A stretch of DNA of 64,000 bases from Candidatus Sungbacteria bacterium RIFCSPLOWO2_01_FULL_47_32 (GCA_001820685.1 MHQP01000009.1:808-64807), one strand, 5' to 3'; shown: positions 20,098 to 30,433, counted from the stretch's first letter. Numbers and translations: made by a program. Notes: generated by a model from the letters alone, not told the origin.

Positions 20098-20400
20098 TTA
20101 TCTACTTTTTTGCTTACCTCGTTCATGTACTGGGCTCCGAAGAATGAATTCTCCTCGTCTCGACTGTTCAATGCCTCGCTTGATGCTTTCCTCAATTTTC
20201 CGGTGCGCGGCTATCTCGGTCTCAAGAAGTTTCCTGAAGTCTTCAAACTGCATAAGCCGCTCAAGTTTCTGACCGAATGCTGTTGTCCTGTCTTTCTCTC
20301 CTTGCCACAGCTCCTTTGCCTGTTTTTTAAAGTCAGGATATGCGCGGTAGATTTCTCGTATCAGCTTTTCAAAGTTTGTCTTCGGCCGCTTCACTCTCAT
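20098..20400 (-). CDS. Small basic helical protein (paralog of 20401-20718)
   Basis: TNFEK...Y...P.FKK...L and FRKL motifs are shared with the upstream gene, which it abuts. Confidence 0.65.
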   Translation of the reverse strand: MRVKRPKTNFEKLIREIYRAYPDFKKQAKELWQGEKDRTTAFGQKLERLMQFEDFRKLLETEIAAHRKIEESIKRGIEQSRRGEFILRSPVHERGKQKSR

Positions 20401-20718
20401 TTAGAGGCCTAGCCGGATTTTGACGAATTCATACGGAACACCCTTGCCCTTCTCCATTTCTTTTTTTGCCGCGAGAACGTTTTTTTCAAACGCGCGTTCG
20501 AAAGCAACCTTTCGCTCAATGAGCTTTCTGAATTTCTCGTCCTCGAGGAAGTCATCAAGCATGTCGGAAAGTATCCGGAGTATGTCAACTTGGTCTCGCT
20601 TCATCTGTCTCACAAGCTTCGCCACGCGCTTTTTAAAAGCAGGGGCTTCTCGGTACTGCCCGGCACGCCATTTTTCAAAATTTGTCATGGAACGCTTTTC
20701 CGCCTTCTTCTTTGCCAT
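20401..20718 (-). CDS. Small basic helical protein
   Basis: AAGGAG SD and TTGACA-17-TACAAT promoter before ATG 20718. Confidence 0.7.
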   Translation of the reverse strand: MAKKKAEKRSMTNFEKWRAGQYREAPAFKKRVAKLVRQMKRDQVDILRILSDMLDDFLEDEKFRKLIERKVAFERAFEKNVLAAKKEMEKGKGVPYEFVKIRLGL

Positions 20719-20798
20719 TCTGTGGCTCCTTGAGTAAAATATGTTGTATGAAGAGTGGTGGCCGCATTGTAGCATTTTAATCGCATCATGTCAATTTT

Positions 20799-21671
20799 AT
20801 GAACTGGAACGCCAAAAACCCAAAACTTATTGATGCTCACACGCACGTCCATTTTCACGCGTATAAGGATGATGCTGATTTGGTTTTGCAAAGAGCGCTT
20901 GAGGCCGGGGTTTGGATGGTTCTTGTGGGGACACAGCTCGATACATCAAAAACTGCGATTGACTTTGCAAACCGGTATTCCGAAGGTATTTATGCAACGG
21001 TCGGGCTCCACCCGATACATACGGAAGAGTCATACCATGATGCAAAGGAGCTTGGCGCACCGTCAGCAGACTCAACAAAAAAGGAAAGCGAAAGGGGATT
21101 TACATCGCGCGGCGAAGCCTTCAGTTATGAAAAATATAAAGCGCTGGCGCTCGAAAAAAAGGTTGTCGCCATCGGAGAGTGCGGCCTCGATTACTATCGG
21201 CTTACGGAGGAAACAAAAAAGAAACAACAAGATGTTTTTACTTCGCATATTGAGCTTGCGCGCGAAGTGAAAAAGCCGCTTATGATACACTGCAGAAACG
21301 CATTTGCCGACCTTATTTCATTGCTTGAGTCGCATAAGTCCGGTCTGAACAATCCGCCCGGCGTCATGCATTTTTTTACCGGCACAAAGGATGATGCGCG
21401 CATTCTTCTTGATCTTGGCCTCTCGTTTACGTTCGGAGGAGTTATCACATTTACGCACGATTATGACGAGGTTGTGCGCTTTATTCCAATTGAGCGCATA
21501 CTTGTTGAAACCGACGCGCCGTACGTGTCGCCGGTACCGTATCGCGGCAAGAGGAACGAGCCGGCATACATTATTGAAATCGCAAAAAAACTCGCAGAAA
21601 TAAAAGGAATTCAGGAGGAAGACGCGATGACAGAAACCGTAAAAAATGCGCGGAAGATGTTTGCGATATGA
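20799..21671 (+). CDS. tatD: TatD family DNase
   Basis: DAHTH, GLHP, GECGLDY, IHCR, HFF and ETDAPY...RGKRNEP. Confidence 0.95.
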   Translation: MNWNAKNPKLIDAHTHVHFHAYKDDADLVLQRALEAGVWMVLVGTQLDTSKTAIDFANRYSEGIYATVGLHPIHTEESYHDAKELGAPSADSTKKESERGFTSRGEAFSYEKYKALALEKKVVAIGECGLDYYRLTEETKKKQQDVFTSHIELAREVKKPLMIHCRNAFADLISLLESHKSGLNNPPGVMHFFTGTKDDARILLDLGLSFTFGGVITFTHDYDEVVRFIPIERILVETDAPYVSPVPYRGKRNEPAYIIEIAKKLAEIKGIQEEDAMTETVKNARKMFAI

Positions 21672-21688
21672 AGTGAGTTCCGAAGAAA

Positions 21689-21716
21689 GAAAAAATCCGC
21701 CTAAAGGCGGTTTTTT
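21689..21716. terminator. Bidirectional terminator
   Basis: aaaaaaatccgcc-taaa-ggcggtttttt. Confidence 0.75.
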
Positions 21717-21728
21717 ATCTTTTTCTGC

Positions 21729-22019
21729 TCACAGAGTGTCGGTTTTTTTATAGGCTTTTACTGTTGCTTCGCACCTCAATTCCATCTTTTCGTTCTCCCG
21801 GCTCCAGAGCTGGATTTCGAGAGAGATTTCCACATATCGCTGTTTTGTTTCCGGGCTTACCTTTATCGCATAGTTTTTGTCGATGATAGAAACGTCATAT
21901 CCCTCTGCCTCAAGAAATTTTTGAAGAACATTCACCTGTGTGTCTTTTTTTGATTCGAACGACTTGAGAAACTCTTTAATGAACGCAAAAAACATCTGTT
22001 TGATCGGTTCACTCGGCAT
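21729..22019 (-). CDS. Hypothetical protein
   Basis: 96-aa ORF between a TTGACT-containing upstream region and a terminator. Confidence 0.55.
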   Translation of the reverse strand: MPSEPIKQMFFAFIKEFLKSFESKKDTQVNVLQKFLEAEGYDVSIIDKNYAIKVSPETKQRYVEISLEIQLWSRENEKMELRCEATVKAYKKTDTL

Positions 22020-22168
22020 AGTCCGACACCGTTTTTAAGAACCTGCTATCACTCTTCCATATCTAGGCGGGCAAGTCAACAAAATATTGGGCTATAGGCG
22101 GAATATAGAAGAAATCCTAAAACTATGATACGATATGCTAATGAAAAATGCAGCAAGAATTGTAGCGT

Positions 22169-24631
22169 ATGTCCATGAAATATAATCCCGGAAAAATTGA
22201 AAGTAAATGGAAAAAGCTCTGGCTCAAGAAAAAAATATACGAGCCGGATCTTAAAAATGCGGAGCGTCCGTTCTATACCCTCATGATGTTTCCATATCCT
22301 TCGGCTGAAGGACTTCACATCGGAGGAGTGAGAACATTCACCGGTGTTGATATATACGGCCGGTTTAAAAGGATGCAGGGATACGACGTGTTTGAGCCAA
22401 TCGGGCTTGATGGTTTTGGAATACACTCCGAAAATTACGCTTTGAAGATCGGAAAACACCCCACGCGCCTTGTCCCCATAACGGAAAAAAATTTTTATCG
22501 CCAGCTTGTCGCAACAGGAAACGCGTTTTCCTGGGATGAAGCGCTTGAGACATATGATCCGGACTATTACCGATGGACGCAATGGATATTTATCCAGATG
22601 TTCAAGCGGGGCCTCGCATACCGCAAAAAAGCGAAGGTGAACTGGTGCCCGTCATGCCTTACGGTGCTTGCGGATGAACAGGTTGTTTCCGGCGAATGCG
22701 AACGATGCGGCTCGCCTACTATCAAAAAAGACCTCGAACAATGGTTTTTTAAAATTACAGATTATGCGGAACGCCTGTTAAACAATCTTCCTAAGCTTGA
22801 CTGGTCGGAAAATATAAAAATTGCCCAAGAACACTGGATAGGTAGATCGGAAGGGGCATTGATAAAATTTCCAATTCTCGATTCTCAAATTTCAATCGAG
22901 GTGTTTACCACGCGGCCGGATACGCTTTTTGGCGCAACATATATGGTAGTGGCCCCGGAACACCCGCTTGTCGAAACATTAAAGAACCGAATACAAAACT
23001 GGAAAGAAGCCGAAAAATATATTTCTGCGGCCGCGAAAAGGTCCGAAATAGAACGTACTGCCGAAGGGAAGGAAAAAACCGGAGTTGAGCTGAAGGGCGT
23101 GCGTGCGATTAACCCGGCAAACAAAGAAGAAATCCCCGTGTATATTGCGGATTATGTCCTTTTCGGATATGGGACCGGAGCTGTCATGGCGGTTCCTGCG
23201 CATGACGCGCGCGACTATGCCTTCGCGAAAAAATTCAATATTCCCGCGCCTGTTGTCATTGACGGCGGACAGGAAGAAATGCTTTATGTCGGCGCGGGAC
23301 GTCTTATTAATTCCGGAAAATTTTCAAGCATGCAGTCGGATGAGGCAAAACGAGCCATTACGGAATTCGTCGGAGGAACTCTCAAGGTTCAGTATCGTCT
23401 TCGTGACTGGCTTATTTCGCGCCAGCGCTACTGGGGACCGCCAATTCCTATGATATTTTGCGGAGTATGCGAAAAGGCTGGCATGGGAGAACGGAAAGAC
23501 GCGCTGGGCTGGTACACGGTTCCCGAAAGCGAACTTCCGGTGAGGCTTCCCTTTGTAAAAGATTTCAGACCGAAAGGAACCGGAGAATCGCCGCTTGCTT
23601 CGGTAAAATCTTTTTATGAAATTCCCTGCCCGAAGTGCCACAAACCTGCGCGGCGGGAGACGGATGTTTCCGACACATTTCTCGATTCGGCATGGTATTT
23701 TCTCCGTTATCCTTCTGTTTCCGACAGCCGCCAGGCTTGGAATTCCGGCATAACGAACCGGTGGCTTCCTGTCCACATGTATATCGGAGGAGCAGAACAC
23801 GCCGTCTTACATTTGCTGTATGCGCGATTTCTTACGATGGTGTTTTATGACTGGAAGCTGGTTGGTTTTGAAGAACCGTTCACAACATTTCGCGCGCATG
23901 GGCTTATTACGAAAGGCGGAGCAAAAATGTCAAAGTCAAAAGGCAATGTGGTAAATCCCGATGACTATTTCAAGCGTTACGGCGCGGATACTATGAGAAT
24001 GTACCTCGCATTCCTTGCCCCGTTTGCTGAAGGCGGAGATTTTCAGGATTCCGGAATTGCCGGCATTACGCGGTTTCTTAACCGCGTGTGGGAGTTTAGC
24101 AATGCGCACGCAAAAAAGACCTCTTCGGAATTCTCTCCAGGCGATGAAAAGGTAATAAAGTCGGTGCATAAGGCGGTAAAAAAGGTCACGGAAGACATCG
24201 CGGAGCTTCACTATAATACCGCCATTTCTGCCCTCATGGTTTTATTAAACGAATTTGAGGCAAAACCTGCCGCGGTGAACAGAGAAGACGTCGGAATATT
24301 TCTGAAATTGCTCGCGCCATTCGCTCCATTCATCACGGAAGAATTATGGCAAAAGTTTTTTGCCGATAAAAAATCCAGGAGCCACTCAATACACCTCGAA
24401 TCGTGGCCAGCATTTGATAAGAAATTGATCGTTGATGAAACGGTTGTTGTCGTCGTTCAGGTAAACGGCGTTATGCGCGACAAATTCGAAATTAAAAATG
24501 ACGCTTCTGAAGAAGAGGTGAGAACCAAAGTGCTGTCTCTTGAAAAAGTAAAGCACTATGTTCCGGATGTTTCAAAAATAAAGAAATTCATTTATATCAA
24601 AAACAAAATAGCAAATATCGTCTTGCAATGA
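22169..24631 (+). CDS. leuS: Leucine--tRNA ligase
   Basis: MFPYPS.EGLHIG, FTTRPDT, GTGAVMAVPAHD.RD, DWLISRQRYWG, YIGGAEHA and KMSKSKGN. Confidence 0.97.
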   Translation: MSMKYNPGKIESKWKKLWLKKKIYEPDLKNAERPFYTLMMFPYPSAEGLHIGGVRTFTGVDIYGRFKRMQGYDVFEPIGLDGFGIHSENYALKIGKHPTRLVPITEKNFYRQLVATGNAFSWDEALETYDPDYYRWTQWIFIQMFKRGLAYRKKAKVNWCPSCLTVLADEQVVSGECERCGSPTIKKDLEQWFFKITDYAERLLNNLPKLDWSENIKIAQEHWIGRSEGALIKFPILDSQISIEVFTTRPDTLFGATYMVVAPEHPLVETLKNRIQNWKEAEKYISAAAKRSEIERTAEGKEKTGVELKGVRAINPANKEEIPVYIADYVLFGYGTGAVMAVPAHDARDYAFAKKFNIPAPVVIDGGQEEMLYVGAGRLINSGKFSSMQSDEAKRAITEFVGGTLKVQYRLRDWLISRQRYWGPPIPMIFCGVCEKAGMGERKDALGWYTVPESELPVRLPFVKDFRPKGTGESPLASVKSFYEIPCPKCHKPARRETDVSDTFLDSAWYFLRYPSVSDSRQAWNSGITNRWLPVHMYIGGAEHAVLHLLYARFLTMVFYDWKLVGFEEPFTTFRAHGLITKGGAKMSKSKGNVVNPDDYFKRYGADTMRMYLAFLAPFAEGGDFQDSGIAGITRFLNRVWEFSNAHAKKTSSEFSPGDEKVIKSVHKAVKKVTEDIAELHYNTAISALMVLLNEFEAKPAAVNREDVGIFLKLLAPFAPFITEELWQKFFADKKSRSHSIHLESWPAFDKKLIVDETVVVVVQVNGVMRDKFEIKNDASEEEVRTKVLSLEKVKHYVPDVSKIKKFIYIKNKIANIVLQ

Positions 24632-24693
24632 GAGTTGTTTTATGATACGCTACAGGTGTGCAACACGAGTTCTTTACAACACAAAGGGATTCC

Positions 24694-24840
24694 ATGAAAC
24701 GGGCTCTTTTTTTAATTCTTGGCGGTATTGTCGGAGCGAGCGTTGTTATCCTTTTGAAGGCTCATATGGAGGCGGAATATAAGAGATGTGGGCGCCTTCA
24801 GGGGTCAGACGACGACAGCTCTTGGTGGATCGGCTCATGA
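24694..24840 (+). CDS. Small single-TM protein
   Basis: 48 aa with a hydrophobic N-terminus; ATGA overlap with the next gene. Confidence 0.55.
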   Translation: MKRALFLILGGIVGASVVILLKAHMEAEYKRCGRLQGSDDDSSWWIGS

Positions 24841-25421
24841 TGTTTCCCCTGGGGACGGCAAAAAAACCGGCAAAGTATATCCTGTATTACAATCCGGAGG
24901 GCGCAATTGAGGCGGTTTTAGCACCTCTTTATTTTGAAGATTTCAAGCCGGGAATGGTATTTGATTCCTCTCTTTCGGGGTCGTTGTCGCCGAGAGCAAT
25001 TTTTTCAAAGAAGCGCGTTGAAGAGTTTGCCGTCGTTACCGGGGATAAAAATCTTCTCCATACTGATCCGGAGTTCGCAAAAACCACCATTTTAAAGGAT
25101 GTTGTCGTTCACGGGCGTCTTGCCGGTCTTGATAAACTCTTCGGACTACTTGATAAAATCGGTTTCTGGTCGGGTTCGTTAGAAGCGCTTACCTCCGACA
25201 ATACGAATTACTTTGCTCCCGTCTATCCAAACCGCGACTGGATCAGATACGCTCTTGATGTGGTGGAAACCAAAGAGGTAGAAAAATATCCGGATAAAGG
25301 AATTGTGAAATTCCACTTCCTTTCAACAAATCAAAAAGGCAAGCGCGTTTCCGAGGGTAATTTTACGGTCATGCTGCGCAGGCGCGAGTTCTACCCCGTT
25401 ATACCCAAAGTTTCGAGATAG
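24837..25421 (+). CDS. MaoC-like hot-dog fold dehydratase
   Basis: LYFEDF.PG, FA..TGD.N.LH.D.EFA, VVHG, F.APV and NQKG. Confidence 0.85.
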   Translation: MMFPLGTAKKPAKYILYYNPEGAIEAVLAPLYFEDFKPGMVFDSSLSGSLSPRAIFSKKRVEEFAVVTGDKNLLHTDPEFAKTTILKDVVVHGRLAGLDKLFGLLDKIGFWSGSLEALTSDNTNYFAPVYPNRDWIRYALDVVETKEVEKYPDKGIVKFHFLSTNQKGKRVSEGNFTVMLRRREFYPVIPKVSR

Positions 25422-25549
25422 GGCATTACTATTCAAAAAATAATTTCCCCGCAAACATCTTTTTAGCATGAGGGTGTAACGGGGCAGGTAAAAAATAATG
25501 GCTTCCATGTTGGAAGCCTTTCTTATTGTCACTCGCGGCCCGAGCTTAA

Positions 25550-25906
25550 TTATACTAAGTTCTGAGTTACCAAACTATATTGTGAAATAAGGCTTGATGC
25601 GTAGAGTTCCGAAACTCCCGAAGGCGAATTATCGGACGGGCTTGGGGTGTATGAAACAGCAAGGAGCATTTCCCTTTCCGTTTTCGGATGTTTCCAGGAA
25701 GTCTCGACGACGGCGGCAAGCCCTTCTACTTCATTCCAAAGTCCGTACATCCTGCGAAGCGGTGCCCGCGGAATTCTCTCCAGCCATCGCTCACGCACAA
25801 TGGAAAAAATTGCTGGCGCATATGAGATGCCGAAGGCAAGAAGTTCCTCATCTGTTAAGGGCTCTTTCATTGAGGAACTGTGATAGATCGGGACGGGGTC
25901 TTCCAT
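25550..25906 (-). CDS. Hypothetical protein
   Basis: TATAAT, a boxA-like motif and GGGAGG SD upstream of ATG 25906. Confidence 0.55.
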   Translation of the reverse strand: MEDPVPIYHSSSMKEPLTDEELLAFGISYAPAIFSIVRERWLERIPRAPLRRMYGLWNEVEGLAAVVETSWKHPKTEREMLLAVSYTPSPSDNSPSGVSELYASSLISQYSLVTQNLV

Positions 25907-26026
25907 ACCATACCTCCCACAAAGAACATTTCTATAATGATTATACATAATAAAATGTATCTTGTAAAGGCCATTATTGAAGACTAAAGGGTACCAATTT
26001 TTTAAAAAATTCATTATGATACGGGC

Positions 26027-26953
26027 ATGAAAGAAAGCGTGGAACAACTTCACAGCCGTAAGTCTTTGCGAAGCAAGGAAAAGCCAGCTTCGCTTGAAAA
26101 AGACGGAAAGAGCACGGAAATAATAGAACGAATGCAGGATCTCTTATCTACTGTTGAAAAAGCGAAAAATGTTCCTTCAGGAAAATATAATAGAGAGCAG
26201 AAAAGATTTTTAATATACTCTGAAAGCACAAAAAAAGGGGCGCATAAGGGCTCTCCCGAGTCTCTTGAAGAAATTGAGGTCATATTTCAAATGCCAGAGT
26301 TTTTTTCTAACCAACTTGATGCTGCTGAAAAAAAGTTTTCATCTGCAAAGGCAAAGGGCGATTTTATAAAGAAATTAACCGAGTACCAGTATCTTATCTC
26401 ACATTTTATTGAGAAGAATAAGGAGGGCAAAGAATACCTAGATGAGCTCTGGAAACTTTTTGAGCGAATAGCGAATATTGAGGGGGTGTCAGCTAGCCAG
26501 TGCGAGGCATTGAAGTCTGGTATACTCGGGCAAGTTGCAACAGGACACCTTTTCCAGTTTTTTAAGGACGTCCACACAGAGCAGGCAACACCGCACGAAG
26601 ACGCGTTTTATAAAATAGACCTCTGGATAGATGACTATAATTCTCAATCGGGACGTTCTGCGGTGCAGACGACAACATCTCAAGCGGCGGAAAAATTTGA
26701 TATTCTCACAGATTTTGAAGAAATATCCTTTCCGGCGTTAAAAATTAAAGATTCTTATTTTTCTAACAACCTTTTAAATAAAATAAACCGTTTTCGGATG
26801 AGCGCTCAAAGATATGCGGAGGAATATGGGGAACCGATTAGCTCATATCTCATCATTCTTCCTCGGAATGAGATTGACTCACTAACCGGTGTCCCGTCAG
26901 AAAAGCTTTCAGGTCAATTTACCAAACGAATGAGCGAAATCTTAGATATTTAA
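26027..26953 (+). CDS. Hypothetical protein, putative PD-(D/E)xK-like fold
   Basis: G..GQ helix, ATPHEDAFYKIDLWI and AVQ pattern. Confidence 0.6.
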   Translation: MKESVEQLHSRKSLRSKEKPASLEKDGKSTEIIERMQDLLSTVEKAKNVPSGKYNREQKRFLIYSESTKKGAHKGSPESLEEIEVIFQMPEFFSNQLDAAEKKFSSAKAKGDFIKKLTEYQYLISHFIEKNKEGKEYLDELWKLFERIANIEGVSASQCEALKSGILGQVATGHLFQFFKDVHTEQATPHEDAFYKIDLWIDDYNSQSGRSAVQTTTSQAAEKFDILTDFEEISFPALKIKDSYFSNNLLNKINRFRMSAQRYAEEYGEPISSYLIILPRNEIDSLTGVPSEKLSGQFTKRMSEILDI

Positions 26954-26958
26954 ATTAT

Positions 26959-28499
26959 ATGAATGAAAACGAAGGACAACTTAACTTGCCGGAAAACCTG
27001 CAGCCAGTGCTGGGTGTTTTGGGAGAGGAAAAAATGGATACGTTTGCGACCCCAGAGAGCTCTTTTCGGGGCAAAGAAGCCAAGGTGGTGGAACAAGAAA
27101 AAAAGGAGGCGGATATTTAGAAATAGTTGTGGAAAATTGCCAAGAATTTACTACGGAGTTTCAGGCAATTCTTGATAAAAAACTTTTACACAGCCGCGTG
27201 CTTCCGCAGGAACAGTCTCTATTTGATAAGGAGTTACATGGTTGGTGGTGGTCCCGGTTCGGTATCAGTTTTGCCAGTCGTCATCGCTTAATCGATGGAG
27301 AGGCTCGCAATCGCCCGGAAGACTTTTCTGATAAAAGTGTGGGGCTTGATGAAAGTTCGTCCGGGGGCGTGTGGTCAGGGACAAAGATACAATATTGGGT
27401 TTCCCAACTGCGGCGGGAAATTGATATATTGCCTGATGATATTGTAAAAATTATTCAGCAAAAGCCAGAAAAGCTGGCCCTGGACGAGCAAAGAAGACTT
27501 AAACGATACGTACATCGGCGAGGACAAAGTATAGAGTTTGCCATTCAAAAGAAAGATAGGATTTCCGAACTTAAAAAAAGAATCCAGAGCGCAGAAAACG
27601 GTGCAGATCCGTTTGAAGGAGAAGATGCCCACAATAGAAGGAAAGTATTTTTTGATTCCGAACGCGACTTGTTCTACATAAAGGAAGGGCAAGAGAGGAG
27701 AGATCTTGGTGTTGGAGACTTGCTTGCGGATTATGCGTGGGGCATAACGTACGACCCGGACGGATCAGTACCTGAAAAAAAAAGACGTATGCTTATAAAA
27801 AAACTTGCTTTAAACGAAGCGCGTCGAGAAATAGAAAAAATTTACGATAGCGAACTTTCGGCTATCTACGAAATTTCTCAAGGTGCCGGGGCAATTGGTT
27901 TGGATAAAATTGAGAACAAAGCAAAAAAACTTTACAACCTTGAGCAAGAAAGGGCGTTTGGGGGTATTATTGCGGAGCGTGCGGTGCGGGAGTTTTTAAC
28001 TCGGCTTTCACTGAATAATCAAAAAGCAAATTTTTTTGTTGAGCGGTCGAATGCTGCTGAGGATAGCCAATACAAATACGATTTTAAAGTGCGGCGGCGT
28101 TCGCGCACTCGTGGGGTTGCCATCGAAGGAAAAGACATGCCGAGGGACGAGTATGTGCGGTTAAAAAAAGAGATCGGTTTTCAACTTACCGTGACCGGAG
28201 CCGGCCCAAGCCTTAAGAAAAAAGAAGACCAGCTTGAAGAGGCGCGGGAAAAAATTAAGCGGACGGGTCTTTTTGTAAAGAGGCGTGTCGAAGATATTGC
28301 GCTTCTTTCTCTTAGCACCCCCAGGTTCGGGGACTATTTTAGGAGGTGGCTTGAAGAGGGTAAGCCCTCGGGTGGGCCTGAGCAGTATTTTTCTGAAAAA
28401 GAGAAGCATCTTATCATAAACACTATTTCACACAATTTTCTCCCCCCTGAGGAGGCGGCGCTACCGACCTGGAGCCCGGTAACCGAAGCAGATGAGTAA
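26959..28499 (+). CDS. Putative PD-(D/E)xK-like protein, apparently frameshifted near 27099-27120
   Basis: The 53-codon ORF from ATG 26959 stops at 27118-27120 while the -1 frame is open and continues as 27129-28499. Motifs GIIAE, SNAAEDSQYKYDF and GFQLT. Confidence 0.55.
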
Positions 28500-28517
28500 G
28501 TGTTTTAATAGATAGCT

Positions 28518-30362
28518 ATGTGCGGAATTGTAGGATACATCGGAAAGCAAAAGGCCCTGCCGGTTTTGATTGACGGCATAAAAAGCCTTGAATACCGCGG
28601 ATATGACTCCGCCGGCTTTGCCGTATCCACGGCGGGGGGGGTCGTGAAAAGCAAGAAGGCGGTCGGCCGTGTTTCAAATCTTGAACTAAAAATCGAAGAA
28701 AAGGACATCCGCCATGGAAATGCCGGCATTTGCCATACGCGCTGGGCGACGCACGGGGGGGTTACCGAAGAGAATGCCCATCCTCATTCGGACTGCAAGG
28801 GGGAATTATGGCTCTGCCACAACGGCATTATCGAGAACTACAAGGACTTTAAAAGCGACCTTGCGCGCCGCGGCCACACATTCAAATCCGAAACGGATTC
28901 CGAGGTTCTTGCCCATCTTATAGAGGAGTTCAAAACACAAGACCCGGCGCTTGCGACCGAGGAAGCGGTGCGGCTGGCTCTTCTTTCCGTTCGCGGGACG
29001 TATGGGTTAGCGCTTCTTGATTCGAAAAACCCGGGTACACTTATTGCCGCGCGGAATTTTTCTCCGCTTCTTATCGGCGTGGGGGACGGGGAATACATTA
29101 TTGCATCCGATGCTTCGGCTGTTTTGAAGCACACAAAAAATGTCGTGTACCTCGACGACGGAGAAATGGCCGTGCTTACGCCGAAGTCCCATAAAATCTT
29201 CGATCTGAAAAGGAACACAATAAACCGGAAATCGGAAGAGCTTACCTGGGACATTGAAGAAGCTCAAAAGGGCGGGAACCCCCACTTTATGTTGAAAGAA
29301 ATTCTTGAAGAGCCGGAGGCGATAGAAAATTCTATTCGCGGGCGCATTGTTGCGAAGGAAGGGCTGATAAAGCTCGGAGGAATTTTGGCGGTTGAGGAAA
29401 AATTACGAAACGCAAAACGCATTCTCATTGCCGGATGCGGCACCGCATATCTTGCAGGGAAAGTCGGGGAGTACATGCTTGAAGAATACGGTGGCATTCC
29501 CGTAAAAATAGAGCTTGCTTCCGAATTCAGGTATCGGAAACCTATCTTTCGCGAAGGAGATGTCATGCTTGTCGTATCGCAGTCGGGAGAAACGGCGGAT
29601 ACGCTTGCAGCCCTCGCCGAAGCCAAGCAAAAAGGCGTTTTGTCCCTCGGCATCGTGAACGTCGTCGGCTCAACTATCGCCCGGCAAACTGACGCGGGAG
29701 TTTATCAGCATGTCGGCCCTGAAATAGGAGTTGCTTCGACAAAAGCGTTCACGTCGCAGGTTGCAATTTTAGCGCTCCTTTCCGTTATGCTTGGGAGACA
29801 GCGCGATATGTCGGTTGTGATGGCGCGGCGCATTACGGAAGAGCTCTCTCGCATTCCGGAACTCATGAAAAAAATAATCAAACAGAGCGAAGCAATAAAA
29901 AAACTTGCAAAAAAATACCAGCCGTATCGCGACTTTCTTTTTCTTGGGAGGAAATATAATTACCCCGTTGCTCTTGAGGGAGCCTTAAAACTCAAAGAAA
30001 TCTCATATGTTCACGCCGAGGGATTTTCGGCAGGCGAGATGAAGCACGGGCCAATCGCCATGATAGATAAAAGTTTCCCGTCAATATGCATTGCCCCTTC
30101 CGACTCGGTGTATGAAAAAATGGTCTCGAATATGGAAGAGATAAAAGCGCGGAGCGGCCCTATTATTGTGATTGCTACCGAGGGGAATAAAAAAATAGAA
30201 GAAATTACGAAAGACGTTATCTATATACCGAAAACCCTTGAAATGCTGACGCCGCTCTTGGCGGTCGTCCCGCTGCAGCTTTTTGCGTATCACTTCGGAG
30301 TGCTTCGGGGACTTGATGTAGACAAGCCGCGGAATTTGGCAAAGTCAGTTACTGTGGAGTAA
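28518..30362 (+). CDS. glmS: Glutamine--fructose-6-phosphate transaminase
   Basis: MCGIVG, LEYRGYDSAG, HTRWATHG, SQSGETADT and C-terminal PRNLAKSVTVE. Confidence 0.98.
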   Translation: MCGIVGYIGKQKALPVLIDGIKSLEYRGYDSAGFAVSTAGGVVKSKKAVGRVSNLELKIEEKDIRHGNAGICHTRWATHGGVTEENAHPHSDCKGELWLCHNGIIENYKDFKSDLARRGHTFKSETDSEVLAHLIEEFKTQDPALATEEAVRLALLSVRGTYGLALLDSKNPGTLIAARNFSPLLIGVGDGEYIIASDASAVLKHTKNVVYLDDGEMAVLTPKSHKIFDLKRNTINRKSEELTWDIEEAQKGGNPHFMLKEILEEPEAIENSIRGRIVAKEGLIKLGGILAVEEKLRNAKRILIAGCGTAYLAGKVGEYMLEEYGGIPVKIELASEFRYRKPIFREGDVMLVVSQSGETADTLAALAEAKQKGVLSLGIVNVVGSTIARQTDAGVYQHVGPEIGVASTKAFTSQVAILALLSVMLGRQRDMSVVMARRITEELSRIPELMKKIIKQSEAIKKLAKKYQPYRDFLFLGRKYNYPVALEGALKLKEISYVHAEGFSAGEMKHGPIAMIDKSFPSICIAPSDSVYEKMVSNMEEIKARSGPIIVIATEGNKKIEEITKDVIYIPKTLEMLTPLLAVVPLQLFAYHFGVLRGLDVDKPRNLAKSVTVE

Positions 30363-30433
30363 TTTGACAAATACCATCACCCTCTTTTATACTAGGTTTG
30401 TGCTTCATTCCTAACACCAAAAAGAGGCAGTAT

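Noticed and set aside
2398-24631. Clustering of five aminoacyl-tRNA synthetase genes as a special system
   Set aside because: The genes have separate promoters with unrelated genes between them, which is plausible in a small genome dense in translation genes.
28400-28517. glmS ribozyme, T-box leaders before synthetases, or purine/ZTP riboswitches before purF and glyA
   Set aside because: Upstream intergenic regions are too short or leaderless, and no consensus motifs are visible.
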